From Spirochaetia bacterium (GTDB lineage: Bacteria; Spirochaetota; Spirochaetia; SZUA-6; Bin103), in NCBI GenBank assembly GCA_965203515.1, contig OZ241907.1, forward strand, positions 1,504,001-1,568,000: a DNA stretch of 64,000 nt, read 5' to 3'. Both the position numbers and the translations under genes were made by a program. Of the stretch, positions 18,746 to 28,627 are shown piece by piece. The stretch's first letter is position 1. Each line of letters opens with the position of its first letter. Below the pieces are notes generated by a model. That model was not told the DNA's origin, ran no database searches, and saw only the letters and a list, made by a program, of their open reading frames with translations.

Positions 18746-20287
18746 ATGAGATCGACCTCCTCGCCTGATCCCTCGCCTCCCGCATCGCCGCACGACACCG
18801 GCGTCTATCCGCCGCGCACCTGTCTGTTCCTGGACGACCTGCACGTCGGCCGGCTGGACGGACTGCGCCGCGTGACCGGCCCGGTCGAGCAGGTAGCCGG
18901 CGGCCCGGTGCTGGAGCCGGCGGCGCCGTGGGAGGGAATCGGCCTGATCGGCCGCAACTGCGTCCTCTGGGACGCCGAAGAGGCGCGCTTCAAGTGCTGG
19001 TATCCGGCCTACGATCCATCGTTGCCGGACGCGCCGGTCGGCGCCAGGCGGCGGTGGGCCTATGCGGAGAGCCGCGACGGCCTGACCTGGGAGCGGCCGA
19101 ACCTGGGCCTCACCGAGCATGCCGGCTCCACCGCCAACAACCTGCTGCGCCTGGATGGCGCCGGCGAGTCGGCGGCCGCGCTGTGGAGCGTCGCCAAGGA
19201 CCCGCGCGATCCCGACCCGGCGCGGCGTTACAAGGCGATCGGCCTGGACCGCCACCCGCGGCGTCCCGGCGAGCTGACCTGGACCGGGCCGGATGGACCG
19301 GACGAGTGGTACCGCAGCCACGGCCGGCATCTGGCGTGCGGGCTGTACGTCGCCTACTCGGCCGACGGGCTGACGTGGCGCCAGCGCGACGGTTGGGCCG
19401 GGTCCGGCGCGCTGATCACCGACAACACGATCCTGCACGGCTACGATCCCGCTACCAGCCGCTGGGTGCTCTGGCAGCGGCCGCGCATCATGCCCAAGCA
19501 CCGCGTCATCGGCGTCAGCTTCTCCACCGACTTCGACGACTGGACCTTCCCGGAGTGCGTGCTGGCGCCCGATGCCGACGATCCGCCCGGCACGCAGTTC
19601 GACCAGCTCTCCACGGTCGCCGCCTCCGACGGCGCCTTCGTGGGGCTGCTCGGCGCCTCCGCCGTGATGCGGCAGGACCGCGGCGTGCTGTCGGTGGCGC
19701 CGCAGCTCGTCTACTCCCGCGACGCGCGGCGCTGGACCCGGGTCGACCGAGCGCCCTTCATCCGCCCCGTCGAGCCGCCCGCCTGGGACGACGGCTGCAT
19801 CATCCCCTTCAATCCGCAGGTCGTGGGCGACGAGGTATTCATCTTCTACTACGGCAAGAACGCCGGCCACATCTGGGGCGAGCCGACCGTCGACGGCGCG
19901 CGCGTGACCCGTTCGGCGTTCGGCCTGGTGAAGCTGCGCCGCGACCGCTGGGCCGCGCTGGCCCCCGCCGGCGGCGCGGAAGGCACGCTCACCACCGCAC
20001 TGATCGCCTTCGCGCGCCCGGAGTTGCGCCTGAACGCGGACGCCTCGGCCGGCTCGATCTCCGTGGAGCTGGTCGACTGCCAGAGCGGCGACGCGGTGCC
20101 GGGCTTCACCTTCGCCGAATGCGACGGCATCGCCGGCGACGACCTGGACCATGCGGTGAGCTGGGGCGGCCGGCGGGACCTGTCGGCGATCGTCGGCACC
20201 GCCCGGCGACAACCGCGGGTCGGCCGCGGCCTGGTGATCCGCGTGCGCCTGCGCGGCGGCGCGAGGCTGTACGGACTGGCCTGCTGA
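18746..20287 (+). CDS. Five-bladed beta-propeller glycoside hydrolase-like protein (GH32/43/130-like)
   Basis: LFLDD, YAESRDGLTWERPNLG, YSADGLTW, YSRDARRW and LRLNADASAGSISVEL. The start codon is uncertain. Confidence 0.6.
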   Translation: MRSTSSPDPSPPASPHDTGVYPPRTCLFLDDLHVGRLDGLRRVTGPVEQVAGGPVLEPAAPWEGIGLIGRNCVLWDAEEARFKCWYPAYDPSLPDAPVGARRRWAYAESRDGLTWERPNLGLTEHAGSTANNLLRLDGAGESAAALWSVAKDPRDPDPARRYKAIGLDRHPRRPGELTWTGPDGPDEWYRSHGRHLACGLYVAYSADGLTWRQRDGWAGSGALITDNTILHGYDPATSRWVLWQRPRIMPKHRVIGVSFSTDFDDWTFPECVLAPDADDPPGTQFDQLSTVAASDGAFVGLLGASAVMRQDRGVLSVAPQLVYSRDARRWTRVDRAPFIRPVEPPAWDDGCIIPFNPQVVGDEVFIFYYGKNAGHIWGEPTVDGARVTRSAFGLVKLRRDRWAALAPAGGAEGTLTTALIAFARPELRLNADASAGSISVELVDCQSGDAVPGFTFAECDGIAGDDLDHAVSWGGRRDLSAIVGTARRQPRVGRGLVIRVRLRGGARLYGLAC

Positions 20288-20339
20288 CCCGGCGACGCCA
20301 GCGGCGGCGGCATCGAGGTGAGCCGGCCGGCGCAACGCA

Positions 20340-21632
20340 TCAGCCGCGCGCCGGAGCTTCCTCCGCCGACCAGCGCCGCAGCGCCTCCAGGTACTCGCGC
20401 CGCGGCAGCACCCCGTAGCCGCCGATCGATGCGCCGCCCGAGTCGAACGAGGTGTAGTGATAGAGCGAGTGCAGGAACGCGCCGCGCGCGCCGGCCTGCC
20501 GCGCCGCCCGCACCATGCCCAGCACCTCGTCGACCGTGTACCGGTCCCAGTTGGCCAGGTGAAACGGACCGTAGCCGCGGTTGACGAAGCGGGCGTTGTC
20601 CAGCCACAGGAAGAGCGGAAAGCCGTCCGGCAGGGTGCGGCGAAACGGCGCCAGCGGCGGCGCGTCCAGGATCTTCTCGTGCGGGCAGGCGCGCTCCGCG
20701 CAGATGCCGTCGACGTAGCCGCCGGCCGCCCACCGCTCCCAGTCCTTGTAGAGCAGCAGGTGCGGCGCCCCCGCCATGCCGCCGTCGCCGAACGCCACGC
20801 ACAGCTCGTAGCGGTCGGGCGACAGCCCCACCACGAACGGCCGGCCGGCGGCGTGCATCCGGCGACCGGTGCGGGCGATCACCTCGGAGAAGTGCTCGCC
20901 CTTGATCCGGTAGAACTCCTCCGCGTCGTACGGTTCGTAGCGGATGTCGACGCCGCGGCGGTCGCGGTAGTCGGCGACCACGCGGTCGGTGAATCCGAAC
21001 GGCTCCAGGTGCGCGTCCCACGCGGGCGTGTCGAAGCAGGCGTACCAGCTATGCGAGCGGGTCGACAGGTACAGCCCGTCGATGCCGTAGCCAAGCAGCT
21101 CGCCGGTGATGGCCTCCAGCCGCTCCTGCACCTCCGCATCGCCGAAATCGGGGATGCCGTGGTAGAACCTTGATCCGTCGCGCGAGCACCAGTACTTGCG
21201 CGGCGCGGCGTACCAGACCGGATCGACCAGCGACACGTAGTCGCGGCGCACGCACTGGAACTCGTTCCAGTTGACCCAGCCCCAGATCGGCACGCCGTGC
21301 CGCCGCGCCGCCTCCACGGCGGCCGCCAGCGGATCGCCGACGTCCATCATGTCGGCGACCCGGTGCCAGTACCGCGCCGCCGGGTTGCGCGGATCGACGC
21401 ACCCGTGGTCGAACGGCGCCATCGCCTTGGCCCGGTAGTAGGCGCGGCCGGCGGTGTTGCACCGGTACAGAAAGGTGAGGCCGGCGCCGGCCAGCATCTC
21501 GAACAGCCAGTCGAAGTAATCGGCGTCGATCGGCCCGTCGTGGAAGCGGGGCGGATCGGTGGGATCGTAGTTGTAGAAGACCGGAAACCGGCCGGATAGA
21601 AACCGGTCGGCCAGAAACCGGTCGGAGCGCAT
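20340..21632 (-). CDS. GH10-like / DUF187-type TIM-barrel glycoside hydrolase-like protein
   Basis: VFYNYD, DPLAAAVEAARRHG, DFGDAEVQ..YGIDGLYL and DWERWAAGGYVDGI. Confidence 0.6.
   Translation of the reverse strand: MRSDRFLADRFLSGRFPVFYNYDPTDPPRFHDGPIDADYFDWLFEMLAGAGLTFLYRCNTAGRAYYRAKAMAPFDHGCVDPRNPAARYWHRVADMMDVGDPLAAAVEAARRHGVPIWGWVNWNEFQCVRRDYVSLVDPVWYAAPRKYWCSRDGSRFYHGIPDFGDAEVQERLEAITGELLGYGIDGLYLSTRSHSWYACFDTPAWDAHLEPFGFTDRVVADYRDRRGVDIRYEPYDAEEFYRIKGEHFSEVIARTGRRMHAAGRPFVVGLSPDRYELCVAFGDGGMAGAPHLLLYKDWERWAAGGYVDGICAERACPHEKILDAPPLAPFRRTLPDGFPLFLWLDNARFVNRGYGPFHLANWDRYTVDEVLGMVRAARQAGARGAFLHSLYHYTSFDSGGASIGGYGVLPRREYLEALRRWSAEEAPARG
21583..21627 (-). repeat. Degenerate 15-bp tandem repeat x3 at the N-terminus (SDRFL ADRFL SGRFP)
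   Basis: GGAAACCGGCCGGAT / AGAAACCGGTCGGCC / AGAAACCGGTCGGAG. Confidence 0.85.
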
Positions 21633-21649
21633 GGCCGGCATCGTACACC

Positions 21650-21682
21650 AAAAGAGAGGGCGGCCAATCATGCCGCCCTCTC
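21650..21682 (-). terminator. Intrinsic terminator after the SBP gene
   Basis: Perfect 11-bp stem GAGAGGGCGGC/GCCGCCCTCTC, 7-nt loop, then TTTT on the minus strand. Confidence 0.8.
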
Positions 21683-21721
21683 CGATCGGTTCCCCCGGCG
21701 AGGAACGGTGCAGCGTACCGG

Positions 21722-23662
21722 CTACTGTTCGATCCAGTACTGCTCCACGTTGGTGTAGCCGGGGCTCTTGAGGCGCCAGCTCTGGATCACCTCTTCCGGC
21801 ACGTTGCGGAAGTTGTTCTTGACGATGGCGACCGCCGGATAGCGGACCGTGCCGATCATCCACACGTTGTCGACGTGCGACTGGATGATCTGCTTGCCGA
21901 TGCGGACGCGCTCGTCCGGGTCGGCGGTGGTCTGCATCTGGTCGTACCAGTCCTGCAGCGCCTTGATGTCCGGCGTCGGCTCCTCGCCTGCCTCACCGTT
22001 GGTGGCGTACCAGCGGGCGGCCTCGGGCGCCCAGCCGTGGCTTGCGCCGTTGACCGGCACGTACCAGTTGGGGTCGATCGACCAGTGGATGCCGACCGTG
22101 AGATAGGCGTTCACCATGAACTCGCCCGAAGCGCGGTTCTCGGTCCAGAGACTGCGGTCGATGACCCTGATCTCCGTGCGGACGTCGACCGCCTCCCAGT
22201 GGTCCTTGAGCAGCTCCAGCATGTCGGCCCCGCCGCCGGCTTCCTCTGCGCCGTAGGAGGATACGATCAGGTGCAGCGGATCGCCGTCGGGGCGCAGGCG
22301 GAAGCCTTCGCCGTCGCGGGCGGTCAGGCCCAGGCCGTCGAGCAGCCGGTTCGCCCCTGCCGGGTCGTAATCGGTGTGCACCGGCTCCACGAAGAACGGA
22401 TCGGCCTCTACCGGCACCGCCTGCCACGGGATGGCGACGCCCAGGTAGACCAGATCGCCGATCTCCTGGCGGTCGATCGCCTTGGACATGGCGATGCGGA
22501 AGTCGCGCTCATTGAAGAGTTGGCGCAGCACCGGGTCCTTGTGGGTCAGGTTGAACTTGAACGCGTCCGGAATCGGGTTGATCCACTGCCGCACCTGGAA
22601 GTCGCCCGTCGCCTCGCTCTCCACGAACAGCGTGTAGTTGCCGAAGCTCATGTAGCGCGACTGCATGTCGATCTCGCCGGCCATCGCCTTGAAGTTGGCG
22701 GCGTCGCCGCCCTGCACCACGTCGATCGCCATGCGGTCGATGTACGGGAGCTGCTGGCCGGTCGTGTCGACCTTCCAGTAGTAGGCGTTGCGCTCGGCGA
22801 TCTGGCGCGTCACGCCGGTCGCCTCCGACGCCAGCTTCCACGGCCGGATGGAGGGGACGTCCTGGTTGAGGGTCGCGTTGCCGAGCTGTCCGTGGCGCTG
22901 GTGCCACAGCTCGAAACCTTCGGCCTTGGCGGCTTCGGTGAGCTTGTCCTTGTCGCCGTAGCTGGCGTGGAACTGGCTCAGGTAGTGCTTGGGCGCGAAC
23001 AGGCCGTCGCCACGGAAGGTGAGCACCTCCTCAAACAGGCCGTTGGTGGCGGCGAAGGAGAACCGGATGGTGTAGTCATCGACCTTGGTGAGGGTCGGCG
23101 CTTGCCCCGCCACGCGCAGCCACGACGGAAAGACCGGGGTGATCTCCGTGTTCATGTAGACGTCGTCGAACTGATACAGGATGTCGTCGGCCGTGAACGG
23201 CGCGCCGTCCGACCACCGCATGCCCTCGCGCAGATAGAAGGTGAACTCGGTGCCGTCCGCGTTCGCCTCCCAGCGGTGGGCGATGTTGGCGACCACGGCC
23301 GTGCCGTCGCGGGCGCGCCGGATCAGCGGCTCGTAGCCCATCCGGTCGATCAGACGGTTGTCGGTGGGCCGGGTGGCGACGCGCCGCCACGTGCCGCCGT
23401 ACTGTCCCACCTCCTCGGCGGGGGCGACCACGGCCGGCTCCAGCGGCAGACGGTCGGCGACCGGCGGCAGCGAGCCGTCGGCGACCATGGCCTGCAGGAC
23501 CGGCGCCTCGGTGAAGCCGGTGATCGTGGCGCCGGTGTCCCGCTCGAAGGCGGCGACGGTGGCCCACTGCCCCAGCGGGTACCCGACGCCGGCCTGAGCA
23601 AGGCCCAGGGCAGCCGCGGCGGTCAACAGGACGGCCGCTAGCGAAATGCGAACGTATGACAT
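21722..23662 (-). CDS. ABC transporter substrate-binding protein, family 5 (OppA/DppA-like, probably oligosaccharide-binding)
   Basis: AAGGAG RBS, signal peptide, GSLPPVADRLP, GQYGG, LREGMRWSDGAPFTADD and YWKVDTTGQQLPYID. Confidence 0.9.
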   Translation of the reverse strand: MSYVRISLAAVLLTAAAALGLAQAGVGYPLGQWATVAAFERDTGATITGFTEAPVLQAMVADGSLPPVADRLPLEPAVVAPAEEVGQYGGTWRRVATRPTDNRLIDRMGYEPLIRRARDGTAVVANIAHRWEANADGTEFTFYLREGMRWSDGAPFTADDILYQFDDVYMNTEITPVFPSWLRVAGQAPTLTKVDDYTIRFSFAATNGLFEEVLTFRGDGLFAPKHYLSQFHASYGDKDKLTEAAKAEGFELWHQRHGQLGNATLNQDVPSIRPWKLASEATGVTRQIAERNAYYWKVDTTGQQLPYIDRMAIDVVQGGDAANFKAMAGEIDMQSRYMSFGNYTLFVESEATGDFQVRQWINPIPDAFKFNLTHKDPVLRQLFNERDFRIAMSKAIDRQEIGDLVYLGVAIPWQAVPVEADPFFVEPVHTDYDPAGANRLLDGLGLTARDGEGFRLRPDGDPLHLIVSSYGAEEAGGGADMLELLKDHWEAVDVRTEIRVIDRSLWTENRASGEFMVNAYLTVGIHWSIDPNWYVPVNGASHGWAPEAARWYATNGEAGEEPTPDIKALQDWYDQMQTTADPDERVRIGKQIIQSHVDNVWMIGTVRYPAVAIVKNNFRNVPEEVIQSWRLKSPGYTNVEQYWIEQ

Positions 23663-23739
23663 GTCAGTAGCTCCTTGGTGGTTGATTGTTCGTGTCCGCT
23701 CCACGTGCCGGCCAGCATACCGTCCGGCCCTTGGGTCGT

Positions 23740-24927
23740 TCAAGTCTTGTACGGGTCGGCGGCGTCGCGCAGGCCGTCGCCCACGAAGTTGAGCGCCAGC
23801 ACGGTCAGGACCACCGCGACCCCCGGCAGCAGGAGCCATGGGTTGAGGGCCACCGAGCTGACGTTCTGCGTCTCCTTGAGCAGCACGCCCCAGCTGATCT
23901 CCGGCGGCAGCAGGCCCAGACCCAGGAAGCTCAACGCGGTCTCCGCCAGGATCATTCCGGGGATGCTCAGCGTGATCGAGACGATGATGTGGCTCATGAA
24001 CGACGGCAGCAGGTGCCGGCGGATGGTGGTCGACTCTTTCGTCCCGGCCACCAGCGCCGCGGTCACGAAATCCTCCCCGCGCGCCGCCAGCAGCTTGCCG
24101 CGCACCACGCGCGCCAGCCCGGTCCAACTGATCACGGACAGGATGAGGGTGATGGCGAAGTAGCGCTGCACCGGCCCCCATTCCAGGGGCAGCGCGGCGG
24201 CCAGCGCCAGCCACAGCGGGATGGTCGGAAACGATCGGAGCAGCTCGATGACGCGCTGCACCACGGTGTCGGTGGTGCCCCCGTAGTAACCCGACACGCC
24301 TCCCAGGATCAGCCCCAGGACCAGGCCGATCGCCACCCCGATCAGGCCGATCGACAACGAGATGCGCGCCCCGTACACGATGCGCGACAGCATGTCCCGG
24401 CCCAGACGGTCGGTGCCGAGCAGGAAGATGGTCCCCCCCTCCTCCACGCCGAACAGATGCAGGTCGGTATCGAACAGCCCCCACCACGTATACGGCTGGC
24501 CGCGCTGGAACAGCGTGACGTAGTACTTCTGCGACCGGTCCTCCGTGTAGGTGCGGCGCAGCGAGCGCGGGTCGATCTGCCGCTCCAGCCGGTACACGAA
24601 CGGCCGCAGCGAGAACCCGGTCTCACTGTCGTAGAAGTGGATCGGCTGCGGCGGCACGTAGGTGTGGCCGCTGTGCCGATGCCGCGGGTCGTAGGGGGCG
24701 ATCACCTCGCAGAATGCGCCGAGCACGTAGAATATCCCTGCCACGGTGATGCCGGTCAGCGCCAGCTTGTGACGCCGGAACTTGATCCACATCAGGCGCC
24801 ACTGCGACGCCAGGTAGAGCCGGTCCTCGGCGGCGTCCGACGGGTCGCGCGCTCGGTCGAATCGGGAGTCGCCTGCGCCGGTCGATCCTGCGCCGGGGGT
24901 GGGAGTGGGCGTCGAAAGCGTGCTCAT
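23740..24927 (-). CDS. ABC transporter permease (DppC/OppC-like)
   Basis: LGTDRLGRDMLSR, SWTGLARVVRG, ETALSFLGLG and NFVGDGLRDAADPY. Confidence 0.9.
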   Translation of the reverse strand: MSTLSTPTPTPGAGSTGAGDSRFDRARDPSDAAEDRLYLASQWRLMWIKFRRHKLALTGITVAGIFYVLGAFCEVIAPYDPRHRHSGHTYVPPQPIHFYDSETGFSLRPFVYRLERQIDPRSLRRTYTEDRSQKYYVTLFQRGQPYTWWGLFDTDLHLFGVEEGGTIFLLGTDRLGRDMLSRIVYGARISLSIGLIGVAIGLVLGLILGGVSGYYGGTTDTVVQRVIELLRSFPTIPLWLALAAALPLEWGPVQRYFAITLILSVISWTGLARVVRGKLLAARGEDFVTAALVAGTKESTTIRRHLLPSFMSHIIVSITLSIPGMILAETALSFLGLGLLPPEISWGVLLKETQNVSSVALNPWLLLPGVAVVLTVLALNFVGDGLRDAADPYKT

Positions 24928-24944
24928 CCGACCGGCGCCCTGTT

Positions 24945-25940
24945 TCACGCTCCGCGCTGCCCGAAGCGGATGCGCGGATCGACCACGGCCAGCAGGATGT
25001 CGGACACGAAGGTGCCCGCCACCGTCAGGCAGGCCAGGAACATCACGATGGTCCCCGCCAGGAACATGTCCTGGCTCAGCAGCGCATTCAGCAGCAGTGG
25101 ACCGACCGTCGGCAGGCTGAGCACCAACGCGACGACCAGCTCGCCGGAGAGGATGTCCGGCAGCAGCCACGCGACGCTGGAGACCAGCGGATTGACCGCC
25201 AGCCGCACCGGATACTTGAAGAGCAGGCGGGTTTCGCCCAACCCCTTGGCGCGCGCCGTGATCGTGTACTGGCGGCTGATCTCGTCGAGCAGGTTGCCGC
25301 GCATGATGCGGATGATCGATGCCGTACCGGCCGTACCGACCACGACCACGGGGATGATCAGGTGCTTGAGCAGGTCGATCACCTTGCCAAAGCTCCACGG
25401 CGCTTCGATGTACTCCTCGGAGAACAGGCCGAGCGCTACGAGGCCGAAATTGAGGTAGACGACGACCATCAGGATGAGGGCCACCAGGAAATTAGGAGTC
25501 GCCAGGCCCATGAAGCCGACCGTGGTGAATAGATGATCGACAGGCGAGTATTGATGGACCGCCGAGTAGATGCCGATCGGGACCGCCACGACCCAGGTGA
25601 AGATCATGGTCCCCAGCGAGAGGATCACCGTGAGCAGCAGCCGCTCCCCGATCAGCGTGCGGACCGGCTTCTCGTACTCGAACGACTGGCCGAATTCGCC
25701 CCGCAGGAAGCCCCACAGCCAGCGCAGGAATTGGTGGATGAAAGATCGGTCCAGGCCGTAGCGCGCCCGCAGCGAGGCGATCTCATCCTGGTTCACCGAC
25801 TCACCGCTGGCGGCGAGATTGGCGATGTAGGAGGTCAGATAATCGCCGGGCGGCAGCTGGATGAGAATGAAGGAGACCACGGCGATCACGAAGAGCGTGG
25901 GGATCAGCAGCAGGATGCGTTGGACGACGTACTGTACCAT
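24945..25940 (-). CDS. ABC transporter permease (DppB/OppB-like)
   Basis: IQLPPGD, YGLD, TARAKGL and DILLAVVDPRIR. Confidence 0.9.
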   Translation of the reverse strand: MVQYVVQRILLLIPTLFVIAVVSFILIQLPPGDYLTSYIANLAASGESVNQDEIASLRARYGLDRSFIHQFLRWLWGFLRGEFGQSFEYEKPVRTLIGERLLLTVILSLGTMIFTWVVAVPIGIYSAVHQYSPVDHLFTTVGFMGLATPNFLVALILMVVVYLNFGLVALGLFSEEYIEAPWSFGKVIDLLKHLIIPVVVVGTAGTASIIRIMRGNLLDEISRQYTITARAKGLGETRLLFKYPVRLAVNPLVSSVAWLLPDILSGELVVALVLSLPTVGPLLLNALLSQDMFLAGTIVMFLACLTVAGTFVSDILLAVVDPRIRFGQRGA

Positions 25941-25984
25941 ACCGGGAGAGCGGTCGCCGGGCGGCCGTGGTAGAGTGAACGGCG

Positions 25985-26831
25985 ATGAGCGCCATCTGTC
26001 AAGGTCCCGCCGCCGGCGATCCGGGCCCGCGACGGACCGCCGCCACCGCCGCCGACCTGCGCAGCCACTGGGCCGGCGCCCGCAACGTGCTGCTGGCCGG
26101 CGAGTGCGCGCCGTTCGCCTGGGAACCGCCGCCGGTGGCCGACATCGTCGACCGCCTGCGGCGCGACGACGACGCGCGCCTGCGCGACCTGTCGCCGGAC
26201 CGGCCGGACGGCCCCTACTACCGGGAGGACGGCTTCATCGACCAGTTCCGCGCCCTGCCGCTGGAACGGGTCATGGAGATGCCGTTCGGGCTCTCCCACT
26301 TCTCGCTCACCAACTTCACCAGCCGCGGCGATCTGTTCGCCGGTCTCTGGACGGAGGTGATGGAGCCGTGGCAGGCGTTTCCTGGCGCGCGCCGGCTTCA
26401 CCTGGTACCGGTGCTACCCGATCGTCTTCATCAGCGGCGCCGGCGTCCCCGGCCGCTACCACATGGACGTGTCGCACGTCGTCGCCTGGCAACTGCACGG
26501 CACCAAGGTGTTCAACGGCCTGCGCGACCCGTTCCGGTGGGCGCCGCTGGAACAGGCGGTCGATCCGGACTGGCGCGCGGGCATCGTCAAGCCGGCGGAC
26601 CTGCGCGACGGGGACGTGCTGAGCTACGTCATGCCGCCCGGCGCCGTCCTCTGGAATCAACCGCTCACCCCGCACTGGGTCGACGCCGGCATCACGGACG
26701 CGGGCGGTGCGGACGAGGTGGCGGCCAGCCTCAACATCTCGCACGGCGGACTCCGGCTCGACGGCGACCTGTCGCCGGCCGGCCGCGCCCTCGACCGCTA
26801 CTACCGCCAACACCCGGACCAGCGGTTCTGA
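25985..26831 (+). pseudogene. JmjC/cupin-like Fe(II)/2OG oxygenase with a +1 frameshift at TTT 26378-26380 (pseudogene or sequencing error)
   Basis: Removing one T joins EPWQAF to LARAGFTWYRCYPIVFISG..YHMDVSHVVAWQLHGTK..PGAVLWNQPLTPHWV (HxD...H triad). Confidence 0.7.
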
Positions 26832-26865
26832 CGGACCGGCGGCCTCTACCGTGGCGGCGGCCACG

Positions 26866-27216
26866 TCATGGCGCCAGCAACGCGAACACCGTCGTCAGCG
26901 AAGTGACGACCACGAAGCCCACGCCGATCATCCACGTCAGCGCGTTGAAGCGCTTGTCGACGTGCCCGATCAGATCCCCGAACCGCTGGTCGACCGCCTC
27001 GAAGCGCCGCTCCATGAACCCGAAGCGCTCGTCCATCAGCACCCGCTGCGCCTTGAGCTCTTCCTCGACCCGAACCATCCGCTCCAACAGGGCGGCGGGG
27101 ACATCGACCGTCTCCGCCCGCGGGACCACGTGGTCGACCAGCTCCCGGAGCCACGGCTTGACGTAGTCTCCGATGCGGACGACGTCCTCTTCCTTCAGCA
27201 TCACCGGCTCTCCCAT
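26866..27216 (-). CDS. Bdr/DUF1640-like coiled-coil protein with C-terminal TM anchor, copy 1 (116 aa)
   Basis: GGAGGT RBS; RFEAVD heptads; TM segment WMIGVGFVVVTSLTTVFALL. Confidence 0.85.
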   Translation of the reverse strand: MGEPVMLKEEDVVRIGDYVKPWLRELVDHVVPRAETVDVPAALLERMVRVEEELKAQRVLMDERFGFMERRFEAVDQRFGDLIGHVDKRFNALTWMIGVGFVVVTSLTTVFALLAP

Positions 27217-27304
27217 CGGCACCTCCTGTACTATAGCCAATAACGAGCCGGCGGCGCTGGCGCTTCAATCCGTCCGATCGATCGGTACGAGCGAGGAAGG
27301 CGTC

Positions 27305-28126
27305 TCAGTCAGCCGGGGGCTTGGCGGCGCGCAGCGAGAACGACAGCGGGATCGAGCCGTTGCGCTCCGGGAGCCGCCACCAGCCGTCGGCGCCGCGCAC
27401 CATACCCGGCAGCGCCCGATAGTTGCTGAACGGGAACTCGTGGAGGAACTGCAGACGCAGCCCGGCGGCCAGCAGCGCGTTCACGATCTCCGCCATGCTG
27501 TGCTGCCACTCATAGCAGGGGGACGGGATGGTCCCGCCGTCGGTGTAACCAGAACCGCCGCCGTAGAAGGCGCCGGCCGGATCCGGGAAATAGGGATTGC
27601 CGACGCGCAACTCGGAGGAGCCGTCCGGGTCATCGTCATCCGCGAAGATATGGCACAGAGGGTGACCGTCGAATAGATAGAACGCGCCGCCGGGCTTCAG
27701 GGCGCCGGCCGCGACTTTGGCCCAGGCGGTGAGGTCCGGCAGCCACGCCAGCACGCCGGTCGCGGTATACACGATGTCGAACTGCTCCTGCAGCACCCCC
27801 GGCAGGTCGTACACGTCGCTGCGGATGAACCGCGTGTCCAGCCCCAGCTCCGCGCTCAGGCCGCGCGCCAGGTCGATGGCGGCGTCGGAGAAATCGACGC
27901 CGGTGGCGCGCGCGCCGAGCCGAGTCCACGACATGGTGTCCATACCGAAGTGGCACTGCAGGTGGAGCAGGCTCAATCCGGCGACCGGGCCGACCTCCTC
28001 CCGTTCGATCGCGTTGAGCGAGATGCGACCGGCCTTGAAGCCGGCCACGTCGTAGAACGCGGAGGCCGCGTGCACCGGCACGCGGTCGTTCCAGTTCCGG
28101 CGGTTGACCGCCAAACGCCGGTCCAT
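27305..28126 (-). CDS. Class I SAM-dependent methyltransferase (small molecule)
   Basis: LHLQCHFGMDT, GVDFS, FDIVY and LKPGGAFYL. Confidence 0.9.
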   Translation of the reverse strand: MDRRLAVNRRNWNDRVPVHAASAFYDVAGFKAGRISLNAIEREEVGPVAGLSLLHLQCHFGMDTMSWTRLGARATGVDFSDAAIDLARGLSAELGLDTRFIRSDVYDLPGVLQEQFDIVYTATGVLAWLPDLTAWAKVAAGALKPGGAFYLFDGHPLCHIFADDDDPDGSSELRVGNPYFPDPAGAFYGGGSGYTDGGTIPSPCYEWQHSMAEIVNALLAAGLRLQFLHEFPFSNYRALPGMVRGADGWWRLPERNGSIPLSFSLRAAKPPAD

Positions 28127-28165
28127 GGGCTCCCGCGGGGCGGTCTCGTCGAGTCCTCGGTCGAC

Positions 28166-28600
28166 CTACGCGGCGAGCAACGCGAACACCGTCGTCAGCG
28201 AGGTGACGACCACGAAGCCCACGCCGATCATCCACGTCAGCGTATTGAAGCGCTTGTCCACCGTCTCGAACCGCTTGTCGACCGTCTCGAACCGCTTGTC
28301 GATGTGCCCGATCAGATCCTCAAACCGTTTGTTCATATCCTCGAAGCGCTTGTCGACCGCCTCGAAGCGCTTGTCGACCGCCTCGAAGCGCCGCTCCATG
28401 AACTCGAAGCGCTCGTCCATCAGCACCCGCAGCGCCTTGAGCTCTTCCTCGACCCGAACCATCCGCTCCAACAGGGCGGCGGGGACATCGACCGTCTCCG
28501 CCCGAGGGACCACGTGGTTCACCAGCTCCCGGAGCCACGGCTTGACGTAGTCTCCGATGCGGACGACGTCCTCTTCCCTCAGCATCACCGGCTCTCCCAT
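28166..28600 (-). CDS. Bdr/DUF1640-like coiled-coil protein, copy 2 (144 aa; four more heptads than copy 1)
   Basis: N- and C-termini near-identical to copy 1; 21-nt repeats encoding KRFEAVD/KRFEDMN/KRFETVD. Confidence 0.85.
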   Translation of the reverse strand: MGEPVMLREEDVVRIGDYVKPWLRELVNHVVPRAETVDVPAALLERMVRVEEELKALRVLMDERFEFMERRFEAVDKRFEAVDKRFEDMNKRFEDLIGHIDKRFETVDKRFETVDKRFNTLTWMIGVGFVVVTSLTTVFALLAA

Positions 28601-28627
28601 CGGCACCTCCCGCTACTATAGCCAATC

